NCBI GenBank assembly: GCA_036397065.1
Contig: DASWJP010000023.1
Coordinates: 1-63,136, forward strand
DNA length: 63,136 nucleotides
Direction: 5' to 3'
DNA from: Kiloniellales bacterium
Lineage (GTDB): Bacteria; Pseudomonadota; Alphaproteobacteria; Kiloniellales; J153
Shown here: positions 1 to 12,048 of the stretch, in pieces
How the letters are laid out: the number at the start of each line of letters is the position of its first letter
How positions within the stretch are numbered: position 1 is the stretch's first letter
Notes under the pieces: model-generated
What the model was told of the DNA's origin: nothing
The model's input: the letters and a program-made list of their open reading frames with translations, nothing else
The model's database searches: none
Program-made: the position numbers and the translations under genes

Positions 1-1932
<1,932 letters not shown>

Positions 1933-2041
1933 TGATTGCCGCTGCGGTCGGTTGGGGATTGTCATCGATGGCTCTGCGGGCGCTTGCTTGCGAATCCGCG
2001 GATCATCGCCCTGCCCGGCAGCCTTTGGGGAGATCGCAACA

Positions 2042-2722
2042 ATGAGCCGCAGGTCAGACTCCGCGCCACGCACCGAGTTCGATCGCACGGCGCGCACCCG
2101 GGTCAAACGCCTGGGCAAGCGCGCCGTGTACGATCGCGACGAGGTGTATGGGGTTCTGGATGCCGGCCTGATGTGCCACGTCGGCTATGTGATCGACGGA
2201 CAACCCTATGTCACCCCCACCGCCTATTGGCGCGACGGCGACCAGGTCTTTTGGCACGGCTCGTCGGCGAGCCGCATGCTGCGGCAGGTGGAGACCGGCA
2301 TCCCCATCTGTTTTACCGTGGCGATGATGGATGGATTGGTGCTGGCCCGGTCCGGCTTCAACTCGTCCATCAACTACCGTTCCCTGATGGCCTTCGGCCA
2401 CGCCGATAAAGTGACCGAGCCGGCGGCCAAGCTGGCGGCCTTGGAAAAATTCAGCGAGCGGCTGGTGCCTGGGCGATGGGCCGAACAGCGGCCGGCCACC
2501 ACCCAGGAACTGAAGGCGACCACGATCCTGAAAATGCGCCTGGAGGAGGTCTCGGCGAAAATCCGCACCGGCCCGCCGGGCGACGACGAGGCGGACTATG
2601 CGCAGGATATTTGGGCCGGCGTGGTTCCGGTGTACAGCGTCCTCGGCGCGGTCGAGGACGACCCGCGCCTGAAGCCCGGCACTCCCCGGCCGGACTACCT
2701 CAAGGACATCAAGCTCGGCTAA
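2042..2722 (+). CDS. pyridoxamine 5'-phosphate oxidase-like FMN-binding family protein
   Basis: The ATG at 2042 is preceded by GGGGAG about 10 nt upstream. The translation (RAVYDRDEVYGVLDAGLMCHVGYVIDGQPYVTPTAYWRDGDQVFWHGS...) resembles the split-barrel PNPOx-like flavoprotein family. The upstream part of the listed ORF (1952-2041) looks non-coding. Confidence 0.7.
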   Translation: MSRRSDSAPRTEFDRTARTRVKRLGKRAVYDRDEVYGVLDAGLMCHVGYVIDGQPYVTPTAYWRDGDQVFWHGSSASRMLRQVETGIPICFTVAMMDGLVLARSGFNSSINYRSLMAFGHADKVTEPAAKLAALEKFSERLVPGRWAEQRPATTQELKATTILKMRLEEVSAKIRTGPPGDDEADYAQDIWAGVVPVYSVLGAVEDDPRLKPGTPRPDYLKDIKLG

Positions 2723-2740
2723 CCGCCCGCAGCGGCTGGT

Positions 2741-3223
2741 CTATTGTGCCTGGCCGGCGCGGGCGGTGATCTCCGCCTGGCGCTGCCCGATCGGCTCGGG
2801 CCAGGTGCTTTTGATGTAGTCGAGGATCGCCATGATCTCGTCGTCGCTCAACTTGTCGCCGAATCCGATCATCGTGGTTTTGTAGTCTCCGCCGACCAGG
2901 GCGGCGGTGCCGAGCTTGATGATCTGGAAAAGCTGCTGGTCCGGATGGTGCCAAGTATGGCCGGTCTCGTCGTGCGGCGGCGCCGGCAACAGGCCGTCGG
3001 CGCCTCGCTGTTGCCAGTTCGCCTGGCCTTCCCGGTTGACCCCATGGCACGCCGCGCAATAGGTGGCGTAAAGCTCGTGTCCGCGAGCCAGGCGCCCCGG
3101 CTCATCCTGCCGTACGGCGGAGGCGAATCCGCTTAGATAGAAGGCCAGGGCGGCCACCGCCAGCACCGCCGCGGCCCCCAGCAGGCCCGGCCACCCCATG
3201 TGCCGTTTGGATCGCCCTGCCAT
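2741..3223 (-). CDS. membrane-anchored mono-haem c-type cytochrome
   Basis: A single CAACHG (CxxCH) haem-binding motif follows an N-terminal hydrophobic anchor (GWPGLLGAAAVLAVAALAFYL). I chose the internal Met (MAGRSKRH...) as the start; the longer 197-aa ORF start is less likely. Confidence 0.8.
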   Translation of the reverse strand: MAGRSKRHMGWPGLLGAAAVLAVAALAFYLSGFASAVRQDEPGRLARGHELYATYCAACHGVNREGQANWQQRGADGLLPAPPHDETGHTWHHPDQQLFQIIKLGTAALVGGDYKTTMIGFGDKLSDDEIMAILDYIKSTWPEPIGQRQAEITARAGQAQ

Positions 3224-3352
3224 AGGCCCGCCCCGTTTTCGCTCAGTCCCGTTCCTGAGATCCATGACCTCGGAGACCAGCCTGTGGCTTCCAGCAGGGG
3301 GAAGGTCAAGTGACCGGCGGGCCCGGATGGACAACCTATTGAGAGCTTACAT

Positions 3353-3637
3353 CTAGGCCTGGCTGTCTTTCCCGGTTGTTTCCACCGCCACATCGCGGGC
3401 GGCCATCGCCGCCACGTCGAGCAGGTGCACGACTTCGACCAGACCGTGTCGCCGGGCCCGATCCGCCAAGATGTCGATCGCCTCGGCCAGACGCGCGGGA
3501 AAATAATCGCCTGTCGCTTGTCCGGGCAGGGCGGCGGTGCCCGGCGCGCCCCCAATTGGTGCAGTGCCCGGATCGAGTCCCTTCATCGATGCACCACGAA
3601 CGGGGGTGAGGACAACATTGGCGCGAGCAATAGACAA
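3353..3637 (-). CDS. hypothetical small protein (start uncertain; alternative Met at 3586)
   Basis: The ORF has high third-position GC and a helical-looking C-terminal half (YFPARLAEAIDILADRARRHGLVEVVHLLDVAAMAARD). I do not recognise a family. Confidence 0.3.
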   Translation of the reverse strand: MSIARANVVLTPVRGASMKGLDPGTAPIGGAPGTAALPGQATGDYFPARLAEAIDILADRARRHGLVEVVHLLDVAAMAARDVAVETTGKDSQA

Positions 3638-3740
3638 ACAATACGCCCATGGATGGCATGGTGCAAAAGCTCAATTAAGACCGGGATGGGTGTTTTCCGG
3701 GATTCAGGCAAAAATGCCCGCCACCGTTCGTGGCAAGCCT

Positions 3741-3900
3741 AGAATAAACAAAGAAAATAATTCGGATGATTTTCAATAAATTTGAAATTATCGTATATTA
3801 GATAAAATTTACTCAAATAAAATAGAAATGTATGTAATATAATATGGATCAATATTTTATTTTTATTTGCTTTACGGGAATTCATGTTGTATATTTTATT
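3741..3900. promoter_or_regulatory. extreme AT-rich island in a divergent intergenic region
   Basis: My hand count is 29 G+C in 160 nt (about 18 percent), against a flanking genome of roughly 65-70 percent. It has many TA steps and A/T tracts. It lies between the divergent small ORFs 3353-3637(-) and 3902-4129(+). Confidence 0.45.
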
Positions 3901-3901
3901 G

Positions 3902-4129
3902 ATGCAAGTTCCAAATCCCCTCGTCCCACCGCCCGTCGGCTCTCCCGGCGGCGCCCCGGCAGCGGTCGCCAATGCACCGAATGTCGTGGACAGCACGCGC
4001 CACGAGACATCGCGTCCGGTGACGGCCGGGAAGAGCAGCGACCGGGCCCGCTCCGACGGCGAGCGGCCCCGATCGGCGCCCAGCGGCGATGGCCAACAGC
4101 GCGGAACCCGGCTCGACATCACGGTCTGA
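3902..4129 (+). CDS. hypothetical 75-aa Pro/Ala/Ser/Arg-rich, probably disordered, protein (could instead be a non-coding RNA)
   Basis: The ATG sits at the edge of the AT-rich island with no clear Shine-Dalgarno. Third-position GC in this frame is about 79 percent by hand count (16 of 75 codons end in A/T), which fits coding. A strong terminator follows at 4165-4195. Confidence 0.35.
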   Translation: MQVPNPLVPPPVGSPGGAPAAVANAPNVVDSTRHETSRPVTAGKSSDRARSDGERPRSAPSGDGQQRGTRLDITV

Positions 4130-4164
4130 GCCCGGCGCATCGGTTGACCGTGGCAGTGTATCCT

Positions 4165-4195
4165 CGCGCGCCCACACAGGTGGGCGCGCGGTTTT
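4165..4195 (+). terminator. rho-independent terminator
   Basis: A perfect 11-bp GC-rich stem (CGCGCGCCCAC / GTGGGCGCGCG) with a 4-nt loop (ACAG) is followed by GTTTTGG. Confidence 0.6.
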
Positions 4196-4206
4196 GGCGT
4201 GGGCCG

Positions 4207-4710
4207 CTATCCTGAAGCGGCAGGCGCACACCAGGAGCCGCGCCCTTTGCCGCCATAGGGCCGCGCCAGACCGGCGGCCACCAGGCCTTGGCCCAGATCG
4301 CCGCCGTCGTCGGTGACCACCCGGGCCAGAACCCGCCCGCCGAATTTGTCGACGCGAATGTCGTAAAGGCGGACGTGCGCCCAGTGCCCATCGGCCGCCG
4401 CCAGGTGGTTGGCCAGGTGCGCCCGGGCGCGTTGCGCCAGATCCCGCTCCGTGCGGCAGCCGCCGCGCAGCTCCGGCGCATCGATGCCGCTCAGGCGCAC
4501 CAGGGTTTGCACCTCCTGGCCCAGCCAGATGTGCGCCCGGACCACCAGGGTATCGCCATCGACAACCCGCACGACCTGTGCCCCCACCGGACCCGCCAGG
4601 TCGTCCTTGGCGCCGGCCCCGATGGCACCGGTGACAGCCAGCCACAGTCCGGCCAGGCCGAACACGCCAGAGACCGCAAGGACCGGCAGGGATGGCGGGC
4701 GCTCCATCAT
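4207..4710 (-). CDS. thermonuclease (staphylococcal nuclease-like) family protein with N-terminal membrane anchor
   Basis: It has SNase-like motifs (VVRVVDGDTLVV...VRLSGIDAPE...CRTERDLAQRARAHL...DKFGRVLA-like). The start is chosen at the ATGATG (MMERPPSLPVLAVSGVFGLAGLWLAV) that precedes a TM segment. Confidence 0.8.
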   Translation of the reverse strand: MMERPPSLPVLAVSGVFGLAGLWLAVTGAIGAGAKDDLAGPVGAQVVRVVDGDTLVVRAHIWLGQEVQTLVRLSGIDAPELRGGCRTERDLAQRARAHLANHLAAADGHWAHVRLYDIRVDKFGGRVLARVVTDDGGDLGQGLVAAGLARPYGGKGRGSWCAPAASG

Positions 4711-4841
4711 ACCCGTAAAGGTTGCATACCAAACAAATCCGGAGCCGTTTCGGAAACCAAAGACAATCATGTCCCCGTGCAGAGAGTTCTGGCAAGGAAC
4801 AAATGAAGAACAAATGAGAGTTTGCCGGGTGGCCGGGCGGT

Positions 4842-5054
4842 CTAGAAATCCACGCAGATGCCTTTGCGTTCCCAATCGCCATAGCGCGTCGGCTCGGGCC
4901 CTTCCGGGCCGCCGATCTCGTCTTTAGGCGTGGCTGGCGGGGGCGCGGCACGGGCGGCGGCTGGACCGGGCCGCGGCGATGCGACGGCGGACATCGTCAG
5001 TGGCGTTACGGTCTTGGGGGCCGGGGCCCGATGCGCTGTGAAACGTCTCACCAT
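4842..5054 (-). CDS. DUF1674 / SDHAF4-like small protein
   Basis: The C-terminus EIGGPEGPEPTRYGDWERKGICVDF is the characteristic DUF1674 signature. I chose the internal Met MVRRFTA as the start. Confidence 0.75.
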   Translation of the reverse strand: MVRRFTAHRAPAPKTVTPLTMSAVASPRPGPAAARAAPPPATPKDEIGGPEGPEPTRYGDWERKGICVDF

Positions 5055-5197
5055 CTTCAATGATATGGCGCGCAGGCGGTATCCGCCAAGCCTTGACGGC
5101 GCCAAGTCTTGACGACGCCAAGTCTTGACGGACCTGGGCATATGTCCCAACTACCAACAGCGCATGGGGCGGCGGGCGTGAGGGAGTTGGACAAAAG

Positions 5198-6061
5198 ATG
5201 AATTACCTGCGCACGGCCGTGCTTCTGGCGGCGCTGACGGCCTTGTTCCTGGCGGTTGGATTCGCCCTTGGCGGCGAGGCCGGCATGATGATCGCCTTGG
5301 CCTTGGCGATCGCCACCAATGCCTTTGCCTATTGGAACGCCGACAAGCTGGTCCTGCGCCTCTATGGCGCGCGTGAAGTGGACCGGGCCGCGGCGCCGGC
5401 CTTGTATGGGGCCGTGGAACAACTGGCCCGCAATGCCGGGTTGCCCATGCCGCGGGTCTATTTGATCGACAGCGAGCAGCCCAATGCCTTCGCCACCGGC
5501 CGCAATCCGGAAAACGCGGCGGTCGCCGCCACCACCGGCCTGCTGCGGCGCCTCAACGCCGACGAGGTGGCCGGCGTCATGGCGCACGAGTTGGCGCACG
5601 TGCGCAATCGCGACACCCTGATCATGACCATCACCGCGACGATCGCCGGGGCGATCTCCATGCTCGCCAACTTCGCCTTTTTCTTCGGTCGCGGCCGGAA
5701 CAATCCCTTGGGCCTCGTCGGCGTTATCCTGATCGCCATCCTGGCGCCCCTGGCGGCGATGCTGGTGCAGACCGCCATCTCGCGCAATCGCGAGTTCGCC
5801 GCCGACCGCATCGGTGCCGAGATCAGCGGCCGGCCCTTGTGGCTGGCCTCGGCCCTGGCGAAGATCCACACGGCGGCCGAACGCATCGACAACCGCGCGG
5901 CGGAGGCGAATCCGGCCACGGCCCACATGTTCATCATCAACCCGTTGCACGCACACCGCATCGACAGCCTGTTTTCCACCCATCCCAGCACCGTGGCACG
6001 CATCGAGCGCCTGCGCGCCCTGGCGCACGAAATGGGTCAAGACGGCGGATCCGGACGCTGA
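5198..6061 (+). CDS. htpX: zinc metalloprotease HtpX
   Basis: It has the [10 protein letters not shown] (HExxH) motif, four TM segments and the conserved C-terminal [13 protein letters not shown]. Confidence 0.92.
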   Translation: MNYLRTAVLLAALTALFLAVGFALGGEAGMMIALALAIATNAFAYWNADKLVLRLYGAREVDRAAAPALYGAVEQLARNAGLPMPRVYLIDSEQPNAFATGRNPENAAVAATTGLLRRLNADEVAGVMAHELAHVRNRDTLIMTITATIAGAISMLANFAFFFGRGRNNPLGLVGVILIAILAPLAAMLVQTAISRNREFAADRIGAEISGRPLWLASALAKIHTAAERIDNRAAEANPATAHMFIINPLHAHRIDSLFSTHPSTVARIERLRALAHEMGQDGGSGR

Positions 6062-6117
6062 ACGCCAAGCAGCCAAGCCGGCGGCCGCGCGCAACGCCAC
6101 CCCCCGATGCGCGGGCG

Positions 6118-7386
6118 GTGGCCCTGCGCCTGCTGGCCGCCGTGCTGCATCGCCATCGGCCCCTGGACGACGTGCTGGCCGGGGATGCCGACATGGCCCG
6201 CCTGGCGCCGCGCGATCGCGCCTTTGCCCGCCTGCTGTGCGCCACCGTGCTGCGCCGCCTGGGTCAGATCGATGCCTTGATCGACGGCGCCCTGAACCGC
6301 CCGGGCAAGCGCGGCTTTGCCGATGTCCGCGATCTGCTGCGCCTGGGGGTGGCGCAACTCGTTTTCATTGGCACCCCGGCGCACGCGGCGGTCAGCACCA
6401 CCTTGCTGCTGGCCCAGGGCCCGAGCTTGGCCGGATTCAAGGGTTTGCTCAACGCGGTCCTGCACCGCCTGGCCCAGGACGGTGCCGCGTTGGCGGCGGC
6501 CCAGGATGCGGCGCGCCTCAATACCCCCGATTGGCTGTGGCAGTCCTGGTCCGCCGCCTATGGCGAGCCCACCGCCCGCGCCATCGCCCAGGCGCACATG
6601 GCCGAGCCGCCCCTCGATATTTCCGTCAAGCCGCCGGCCGATCTTGAACACTGGGCCAAGGCCCTGGACGCCGAGGTGCTGCCCACGGAGACCCTGCGCC
6701 TGCGCGGCGCCGGCGAGGTCAGCCAGCTGGCCGGATACGCGGACGGCGCCTGGTGGGTGCAGGATGCGGCGGCGTCCTTGCCCGCCCGCCTGCTGGGCGA
6801 CGTGGCCGGCATGCCGGTCGTCGATTTGTGCGCGGCGCCGGGGGGCAAGACCGCGGCGCTGGCCGCCGCCGGAGCCCAGGTCACCGCCGTCGAGATGGTG
6901 CCGGAGCGCCTGGACCGCCTGCGCGGCAATCTGAAGCGCCTGCGCCTCGAGGCCGCGCTGGTCGCCGCCGATGCCACGCTCTGGCGGCCGGCGCGGCCCG
7001 TGCCGGCGGTGCTGCTGGATGCGCCGTGTACCGGCACCGGCACCATCCGCCGCCATCCGGACATCGCCCACCTGAAGCGGCCGAGCGATGTGGCCGCCTT
7101 GGCGCAGGCGCAGGCCCGTCTGCTCGCGTCGGCGGTGGAGATGGTCCGCCCCGGCGGGCTGCTGGTCTATGCGACCTGTTCGTTGCAGCCGGAGGAAGGG
7201 CCGGCGCGCATCGCCGCGCTGCGCGACAGCGGCGCGCCGGTTGAGCGCGTACCCATCCAACCAACCGAGGTGGGCGGGCAAGCCGCGTGGATCGACGCGG
7301 TGGGCGATCTGCGCACCCTGCCGTGTCATTTGCCCGACCAGGGTGGCCTCGACGGGTTTTACGCCTGCCGCCTGCGCCGCCGCTGA
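6118..7386 (+). CDS. rsmB: 16S rRNA (cytosine-C5)-methyltransferase RsmB/Sun family
   Basis: An N-terminal NusB-like region is followed by the SAM-MTase motifs [10 protein letters not shown] and [15 protein letters not shown] plus the catalytic YATCS. The listed ORF start (5839) overlaps htpX and is an artefact. The GTG at 6118 is my best guess, and the CTG at 6058 is possible. Confidence 0.85.
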   Translation: MALRLLAAVLHRHRPLDDVLAGDADMARLAPRDRAFARLLCATVLRRLGQIDALIDGALNRPGKRGFADVRDLLRLGVAQLVFIGTPAHAAVSTTLLLAQGPSLAGFKGLLNAVLHRLAQDGAALAAAQDAARLNTPDWLWQSWSAAYGEPTARAIAQAHMAEPPLDISVKPPADLEHWAKALDAEVLPTETLRLRGAGEVSQLAGYADGAWWVQDAAASLPARLLGDVAGMPVVDLCAAPGGKTAALAAAGAQVTAVEMVPERLDRLRGNLKRLRLEAALVAADATLWRPARPVPAVLLDAPCTGTGTIRRHPDIAHLKRPSDVAALAQAQARLLASAVEMVRPGGLLVYATCSLQPEEGPARIAALRDSGAPVERVPIQPTEVGGQAAWIDAVGDLRTLPCHLPDQGGLDGFYACRLRRR

Positions 7387-7444
7387 TTCCGCGCCCGCGC
7401 GCGGGCGCTTGCGAGGCGCGAAGCATGCTGATACCAAGGGATTC

Positions 7445-8140
7445 ATGGGACAGCCGGTTCGCATCGCGCCGTCGATTCTCTCCGCCGATTTCGCGAAAAT
7501 GGGCGAAGAGGTCGGCGCCATGACCCAGGCGGGTGCCGATCTTATTCATGTGGATGTGATGGATGGCCACTTCGTGCCCAACATCACCATCGGGCCGGCG
7601 GTGATCGCCGCCTTGCGGCCGCATTCGGCGCTGCCCTTCGATGTGCACCTGATGATCGCGCCGGTGGACCCGTTCATCGCCGGCTTTGCCGAGGCCGGCG
7701 CCGATATCATCACCATCCATCCGGAGGCCGGGCCGCACGCGCACCGCAGCCTGCAGCACATCAAGGCGCTGGGCAAGAGGGCGGGCCTCGCCCTCAATCC
7801 GGCGACGCCGGTGAACGCGGTCGATCACCTGCTGGACGATCTCGATTTGATCCTGGTCATGAGTGTCAATCCGGGTTTCGGCGGCCAGGCATTCATTCCG
7901 GACTCCCTCAACAAGATCGCCGCGCTGCGCCAACGGATCGAAGCCAGCGGCCGGGCCATCGATCTGGAGGTGGATGGCGGCGTCAACGACAAGACGGCAG
8001 CGCGGGCCATTGCCGCCGGCGCCGACATTCTGGTGGCCGGGTCCGCCTGTTTCCGGGGCGGGCCGGCGGCATATGCCGAGAATATTCGCCGTCTGCGCGG
8101 AACACCGGCAGCCGCGCGCAGCCGCGCCGGAGCCGCCTGA
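7445..8140 (+). CDS. rpe: ribulose-phosphate 3-epimerase
   Basis: [23 protein letters not shown]...[17 protein letters not shown]...[11 protein letters not shown] are canonical Rpe motifs. The upstream part of the listed ORF is an out-of-gene extension. Confidence 0.93.
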   Translation: MGQPVRIAPSILSADFAKMGEEVGAMTQAGADLIHVDVMDGHFVPNITIGPAVIAALRPHSALPFDVHLMIAPVDPFIAGFAEAGADIITIHPEAGPHAHRSLQHIKALGKRAGLALNPATPVNAVDHLLDDLDLILVMSVNPGFGGQAFIPDSLNKIAALRQRIEASGRAIDLEVDGGVNDKTAARAIAAGADILVAGSACFRGGPAAYAENIRRLRGTPAAARSRAGAA

Positions 8141-9918
8141 TGGCGGCGCGCGGAGCCGCCGTCCAACAGCGTTTGACCGGCGGCGGCAGCGGCCTGTCGG
8201 ACTTGGCCGGACACCTGCGCGATGTGGCGCGCCTGCCGGCCGGGCAGGCGCTCGCGCGGCTGGCCTACGATGCCAAGCGGCCGATCTTCGCCCTGCCTCT
8301 TTACCGCCTGACCTTGCCCGGAACCACGCCCCTGGCCCTGACGGTTTCGCCCGCCGATGCCTGGCCGGGCGATGCCAAGATCGGCGCCGAGATTCTGCGC
8401 GATGCCTTTACCTTCGCCGGCCGCCGCATCGCCGCGCCGGCCCCGTTGTGGGCGCCGCTGGGGGCGGAGCCCGCCTGGCTGGCCGAGCTGCATTCGTTCG
8501 CCTGGTTGCGCGACCTGCGCGCCGCCGGCGGCGACGGCGCGCGGCGGCGCGCCCGCGAGCTGGTCGTCTCGTGGCTGAGCGCGCATGACGCCTGGTCGGC
8601 CGTGGCGTGGCAGCCGCTGACCCTCGGGCGGCGCCTGTCCCACTGGCTCGGCTGTTACGAATTTTTTGCCGCCAGCGCCGAAATATCCTCGCGCCACCGC
8701 TTGCACGGCAGCCTGACCCGCCAGGCGCACCACTTGATGCGCGTGCTGCCCGCCGGCCTGGTCGGTGCCGATCTGATTGCCGCCGTCAAGGGCCTGATCT
8801 ATGCCGGCGTGTGCCTGCCCAACGGCGGCGCCTGGCGGGAACGCGGCCTGGCCATCCTGCGCCGCGAGCTGCCCCGGCAAATCCTCAGCGACGGCGTTCA
8901 CATCGAGCGCAATCCGGCGCGGCACATGGCGGTGCTGCGCGATCTGGTCGATCTGCGCGCCCTGCTGCTCAAGGGCGAAGCCCTGGCCAGCGGGGCTGGC
9001 GGCGGTGAAGTGCACGGCGGCCGCCGCGGCGTGCCGGCGGCGATTCAAGCCGCCATCGAGGCCATGGCCCCGGCGCTCAGCATGTTCCAGCATGGCGACG
9101 GGGGCCTGGCTGCCTTCAACGGCGGCACCGAGGAAGAAGGCTGGCAGGTGGACATGGCGCTGCAGCGGGCCACCGGCCGGCCGCGCGCCCAGGCGCAAGC
9201 CCCGGACAGCGGTTTTCACCGTTTGTGCGCCGGCCGCACCCTGGTGCTGGTGGACGCCGGCCGGCCGCCGCCGCCGGGCTTGGACCGCACCGCCCATGCC
9301 GGCGCCCTGAGCCTGGAAATCAGCATCGGGCGCGAGCGCTTGATCGTCAATTGCGGGGCCCAACCCGGCGATCCGCGCTGGCGGCAGGCGGAACGGGCGA
9401 CGGCGGCCCATTCCACCCTGGTGCTCAGCGATACCAACTCCAGCCAGGTGATCCCGGGCGGTCTCGGCCGGCGGGCGCGCATACGCCGCTGCCGGCGCAC
9501 CGAGACGGACGGCAATCAATGGTTGGATATGAGCCACGACGGCTACCAGGCGGGCTTTGGCCTGCGCCACCGCCGCCGGGTGTTTCTGGCGGCCGGCGGC
9601 ATGGACGTGCGCGGCGAGGACCGGCTTGAGCCGCACGGCACGGCGCGCCCAAGCGATTTTGCCATACGCTTCCATCTCCACCCCGATGTGCGCGCCAGCG
9701 TCGGCCAGGGCGGCGATTCGGCCCTGTTGCGCCTGGCCAAGGGCGGCGGCTGGCAATTGCACGCGGCCGGGGCGGCGGTTTCCCTGGAGCCGAGCATTTA
9801 TCTGGGGCGCAAGGGAGAAATTCGCCGCAGCCAGCAGATCGTTCTCAGCGGCCGGGCCGGCCGCGACGGCGCCCGGGTCAAATGGGCCGTGCGACGGATC
9901 GAGCCGCGCCATGACTAA
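8140..9918 (+). CDS. heparinase II/III-like family protein
   Basis: This 592-aa ORF has a start that overlaps the rpe stop by 1 nt (TGATG). Its overall similarity and its position between rpe and purH match the heparinase II/III family protein usually found there in alphaproteobacteria (from memory, not searched). Confidence 0.7.
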   Translation: MAARGAAVQQRLTGGGSGLSDLAGHLRDVARLPAGQALARLAYDAKRPIFALPLYRLTLPGTTPLALTVSPADAWPGDAKIGAEILRDAFTFAGRRIAAPAPLWAPLGAEPAWLAELHSFAWLRDLRAAGGDGARRRARELVVSWLSAHDAWSAVAWQPLTLGRRLSHWLGCYEFFAASAEISSRHRLHGSLTRQAHHLMRVLPAGLVGADLIAAVKGLIYAGVCLPNGGAWRERGLAILRRELPRQILSDGVHIERNPARHMAVLRDLVDLRALLLKGEALASGAGGGEVHGGRRGVPAAIQAAIEAMAPALSMFQHGDGGLAAFNGGTEEEGWQVDMALQRATGRPRAQAQAPDSGFHRLCAGRTLVLVDAGRPPPPGLDRTAHAGALSLEISIGRERLIVNCGAQPGDPRWRQAERATAAHSTLVLSDTNSSQVIPGGLGRRARIRRCRRTETDGNQWLDMSHDGYQAGFGLRHRRRVFLAAGGMDVRGEDRLEPHGTARPSDFAIRFHLHPDVRASVGQGGDSALLRLAKGGGWQLHAAGAAVSLEPSIYLGRKGEIRRSQQIVLSGRAGRDGARVKWAVRRIEPRHD

Positions 9919-10011
9919 GCCGTCGTCCGCGCCGAGACTGCAGCAGAGGAAATCTGCGCGGCGGACAACCGATGCGGTGAGTCCGGATCGCTGGCCGGAG
10001 GATCGCCGGTC

Positions 10012-11940
10012 ATGAGGCTGCGATCCCACCGCCTGTCGCGGCCATCGACCGCCTTCGTGCACGATCTGGCCATGGCGGCGCTGTCGTTCCTGGTGGCGAT
10101 CGCCTTGCGACTGGGTTTCGGTTCGATCTTCAGTATCCACACGGATACCTGGCTGGCGATGGGCCTCTTCACCGTGGTGTGCGGCATCGTCTTTTGGCGC
10201 GCCGGTCTCTATCGCGGTATCTGGCGCTACGCTTCGCTCAACGATCTGGTGACCATCGTTCGCGCCGTCACCTTGGCGATCCTGGTCTTCCTGCCGGTGA
10301 CCTTCCTGATCACCCGCCTCAACGAATTGCCGCGCACCTCCCTGGTCATCAACTGGTTCGTGCTGATCTTCCTGCTCGGGGCGCCGCGGTTGATCTACCG
10401 GATCTACAAGGACCGCGGATTTCATCACGCCTTCGAGCGCGACCGGCACAAGCGCATTCCGGTGCTGCTCATCGGCGTCGGCGACCGGGCCGAGGTCTTC
10501 ATCCGCGAAATGGCCCGCGACCGCGATGCCCCCTACGAGGTTCTCGGCATCGTCGACGAGAAGGGCACTCGGGTCGGCCGGCGGATTCACGGGGTTTCGG
10601 TGCTGGGTCATTTGAACGAGCTGGCGCGGGTGGTCGATGTGGTGGCCGCACGCGGCCGGATGCCGCAGCGGATGATCGTCACCAAGCGGCTGGAGCGGGA
10701 AGACTTCGAGCGGATTCTCGATGTGGCCGACGTCCGCGGCATGACCATTGCCCGCTTGCGCCGGCTGACCGAGTTCCGCACCGGCGAGGATCGGCTGAAG
10801 CTGCAGCCGGTGGCCATCGAGGACTTGCTGGGCCGCGCCCAGACCAAGCTGGATCGGGCGGCCATGCTGCGCCTCATCGAGGGCAAGCGGGTTCTGGTGA
10901 CCGGCGCCGGCGGCTCGATCGGCGCCGAACTGACCCGTCAGATCGCCGCCTTCAAGCCGGCGCACCTGGTGTTGCTGGATAGCTCCGAATACGCGCTCTA
11001 CGGCATCGGCCTGGAATTGGACGAGACCCAATCCGCACTGCCGCGCAGTCTGGTTTTGGGCGACGTGCGCGACCGCACCCGCCTGGACGAGGTCATGGCC
11101 GCGCACGCGCCCGAGCTGGTGTTCCACGCCGCCGCCCTGAAACATGTGCCCATGGTCGAGGCGAACCCGGTCGAAGGGGTGCTGACCAACGCCATCGGCA
11201 CCCGCAACACCGCCGAGGCGTGCCGCAAGGCCGGGGTCGCGGCCATGGTGCTGATCTCCACCGACAAGGCCATCAATCCGTCGAGCGTCATGGGCGCGAC
11301 CAAGCGCCTGGCGGAAATCTATTGCCAGGCCCTGGACATCGCCGGGCGGCGGCGCGGCGCCCAGGGCACGCGCTTCATCACCGTACGCTTCGGCAACGTG
11401 CTCGGCTCCACCGGCTCGGTGGTGCCCTTGTTTCACCGGCAATTGGCGGCCGGCGGGCCGCTGACGGTCACCCATCCGGACATGACCCGCTATTTCATGA
11501 CCGTGCGCGAGGCAGTGGAGCTGGTCCTGCAGGCCTCGGCCCTGGGCGCCGAGAGCCCGGCCACCGAAGCCGGCAAGATTTACGTCCTCGACATGGGCGA
11601 GCCGGTGAAGATCATCGACCTGGCGCGGCAGATGATCCGCCTGGCCGGCCTGCGTCCGGACAAGGACATTCAGATTTCCATCACCGGGCCGCGCCCCGGC
11701 GAGAAGCTGCGCGAGGAGGTTTTCCACGAGGCCGAGCCGTTGCTGCCGACCAGCCATCCCGGTCTGCGCCTGGCCTCGCCGCGCACGGTCAATCTGGAGC
11801 TGCTCAGCCGCAACTTCGACGAGCTGGCGGCCTTGACCGAGCAGCGCCGCCAGGCGGAGCTGATGGCCCTGGTGCACCGCCTGGTGCCCGAGTTCGGCGA
11901 CCCGGACGAGAGCGCCGGCACCGTCGTCGCGGTCTCTTAG
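10012..11940 (+). CDS. membrane-bound polysaccharide biosynthesis protein, CapD/WbpM/PglF-type NDP-sugar 4,6-dehydratase
   Basis: Four N-terminal TM helices are followed by two Rossmann regions, including VLVTGAGGSIGAEL and the STDKAINPSSVMGATKR (YxxxK-type) region. Confidence 0.88.
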   Translation: MRLRSHRLSRPSTAFVHDLAMAALSFLVAIALRLGFGSIFSIHTDTWLAMGLFTVVCGIVFWRAGLYRGIWRYASLNDLVTIVRAVTLAILVFLPVTFLITRLNELPRTSLVINWFVLIFLLGAPRLIYRIYKDRGFHHAFERDRHKRIPVLLIGVGDRAEVFIREMARDRDAPYEVLGIVDEKGTRVGRRIHGVSVLGHLNELARVVDVVAARGRMPQRMIVTKRLEREDFERILDVADVRGMTIARLRRLTEFRTGEDRLKLQPVAIEDLLGRAQTKLDRAAMLRLIEGKRVLVTGAGGSIGAELTRQIAAFKPAHLVLLDSSEYALYGIGLELDETQSALPRSLVLGDVRDRTRLDEVMAAHAPELVFHAAALKHVPMVEANPVEGVLTNAIGTRNTAEACRKAGVAAMVLISTDKAINPSSVMGATKRLAEIYCQALDIAGRRRGAQGTRFITVRFGNVLGSTGSVVPLFHRQLAAGGPLTVTHPDMTRYFMTVREAVELVLQASALGAESPATEAGKIYVLDMGEPVKIIDLARQMIRLAGLRPDKDIQISITGPRPGEKLREEVFHEAEPLLPTSHPGLRLASPRTVNLELLSRNFDELAALTEQRRQAELMALVHRLVPEFGDPDESAGTVVAVS

Positions 11941-12048
11941 GAGCGCGGCTGCGCCCGGGGACAGGGTGGGTCATCGCCATACCTTGACGCGCCGCGCTGT
12001 GACGCCTAAGCCCATGGCGCCGCAAAACCCCAGCGTGGAGTCCGCCTT

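Noticed and set aside
5839-6117. The 5' extension of the rsmB ORF (listed start 5839) and similar extensions of the rpe (7088), thioredoxin (26758), LonN (27186), GT4 (47710) and membrane-protein (52140) ORFs
   Set aside because: Each extension overlaps the 3' part of the preceding well-supported gene in another frame and encodes low-complexity sequence. Internal starts with RBS-like sequences or stop/start overlaps give proteins of the expected family length.
7825-11877. A 1350-aa minus-strand ORF and many other very long ORFs in the track (for example 16945-19779 +, 22524-24128 +, 24264-26042 +, 36789-38708 -, 47024-49009 -, 39429-41561 -)
   Set aside because: They lie antisense or out of frame to genes with unmistakable family signatures (rpe, heparinase-like, capD-like, NAD-GDH, RTX, ftsK, GT4). 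Their translations are Arg/Gly/Ala/Pro-rich low-complexity strings with no motifs. This is the typical stop-codon-poor shadow-frame artefact of high-GC DNA.
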